From: Macrostomum lignano
Taxonomy: Eukaryota
Direction of reading: 5' to 3'
Assembly (NCBI GenBank): GCA_002269645.1
Contig: NIVC01001665.1
Span: 190,095-254,094, forward strand
Length of the DNA: 64,000 bases
A program made the translations under genes and the position numbers. Shown piece by piece: positions 63,094 through 64,000 of this stretch. Under the pieces are notes generated by a model. It saw nothing but the letters and a program-made list of their open reading frames with translations, was not told where the DNA came from and did not search any database. Every line of letters begins with the position of its first letter. Position 1 is the first letter of the stretch.

Positions 63094-64000
63094 TACAATT
63101 CCGACAACTGTGCTTTCAAAAGCGACAATTTTCAAACAAAGCAAACAAGCTACCACGAGAAACCGACACTTTGCAATCAATTCTGACAGTTGGCTATGAA
63201 TTAGCTTTTTCTGTCCTCCTATCTATATGGCTCTTACTGCGAAATTTCCAATCAATTCCCACAAATTTCAATCTATTTAGACAAGCTACTTTTTACTTTG
63301 GGTGGGCCAGGGCTAAATGTGCATGTGCAGGGCTAAATCTATGGGTGTTCCGAATCTCCAAGTTTCTCTCCATGATGTGGCTATGGCATTCGCAGTACGA
63401 GCAGTATTGTTGAATCTCGGCTCAAACTGTGCCCCAGCCAGCCCCCAAAGGGTGTTAACACACTCCTCTGAGCAACACTTGAATGCACATCCGGGACTTT
63501 TAGCGCAGCAAAAGGAGGGAACAAAAAGCATTGCTACACAATAGAAGCGGTCTTTCGCGTCCCTGGGATTTCCCTAGGGAATTCCGGAATTACTGAAGCT
63601 AAGAGCTGAAGCCCAGTTGGAAATATTCTGATGCTTTAAAAGCTATATTAAAATATGCTTCTCCAATTTTTCCATAGATATCTCTTTGTCACAGCAGTCT
63701 AACAAAAAGTTTGAGTACGTATTAAATCAAAAGTACTTTCGCTACTTTCCGCTAGCTTGTCGAATTACTGTAAGTCTATTGTCGAGGTCCTGCTATATGT
63801 TAGTTCATAACTTGCGTTTCCATTGTCAGTTTTTAATGATGTTAAAGATAATATGAAGAAGAGAGTTGCCGCTATAAATCTATGCAAAATGATATGTTAT
63901 TAATACATGATAATATATGACATATGATAATGTTATTTGGATGCAGCAGAACGAGAGATATAAAGAAAAGTAACACTACTACTTTTGGGACAGCCCTCGT

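Larger units (their letters stand above)
61413..63999. mobile_element. Non-autonomous mariner-type element with long (~170-210 bp) imperfect TIRs
   Basis: TA-CGAGGGCTGTCCCAA on the left and TTGGGACAGCCCTCG-T at the window edge. 61413-61583 is inverted at 63786-63999. Confidence 0.85.

Overview
This is animal genomic DNA, repeat-rich, with GT-AG introns and one 6-N gap at 15045-15050. The style suggests a flatworm such as Macrostomum, which is inference only. I could reconstruct five host genes by splicing: (1) a partial minus-strand PHACTR (phosphatase and actin regulator); (2) a complete plus-strand TRIM-NHL gene orthologous to mei-P26/nhl-2; (3) a secreted PAN/Apple-like plus fibrinogen-domain gene; (4, 5) two tandem 3-exon paralogues encoding small proteins with a His...Asn-Cys motif order resembling permuted papain-like (LRAT/PPPDE) enzymes. 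The rest is mobile DNA and repeats: a Ty3/gypsy element with gag fused in frame to RNase H-integrase (no protease or RT), a decayed mariner, THAP/P-element remnants, a Crypton-type tyrosine-recombinase fragment between inverted repeats, a broken LOA/R1-like LINE interrupted by a solo LTR, a tRNA-derived SINE (two copies), a 5S rRNA-derived copy, MITEs/foldbacks, and a nested mariner-TIR/P-like composite. Most large introns carry their own minisatellite, and three unrelated arrays share an ATCTGGGAGG core. A 4.69-kb direct duplication across the N gap is probably an assembly overlap. All domain calls come from motif recognition by eye; no database search was run.
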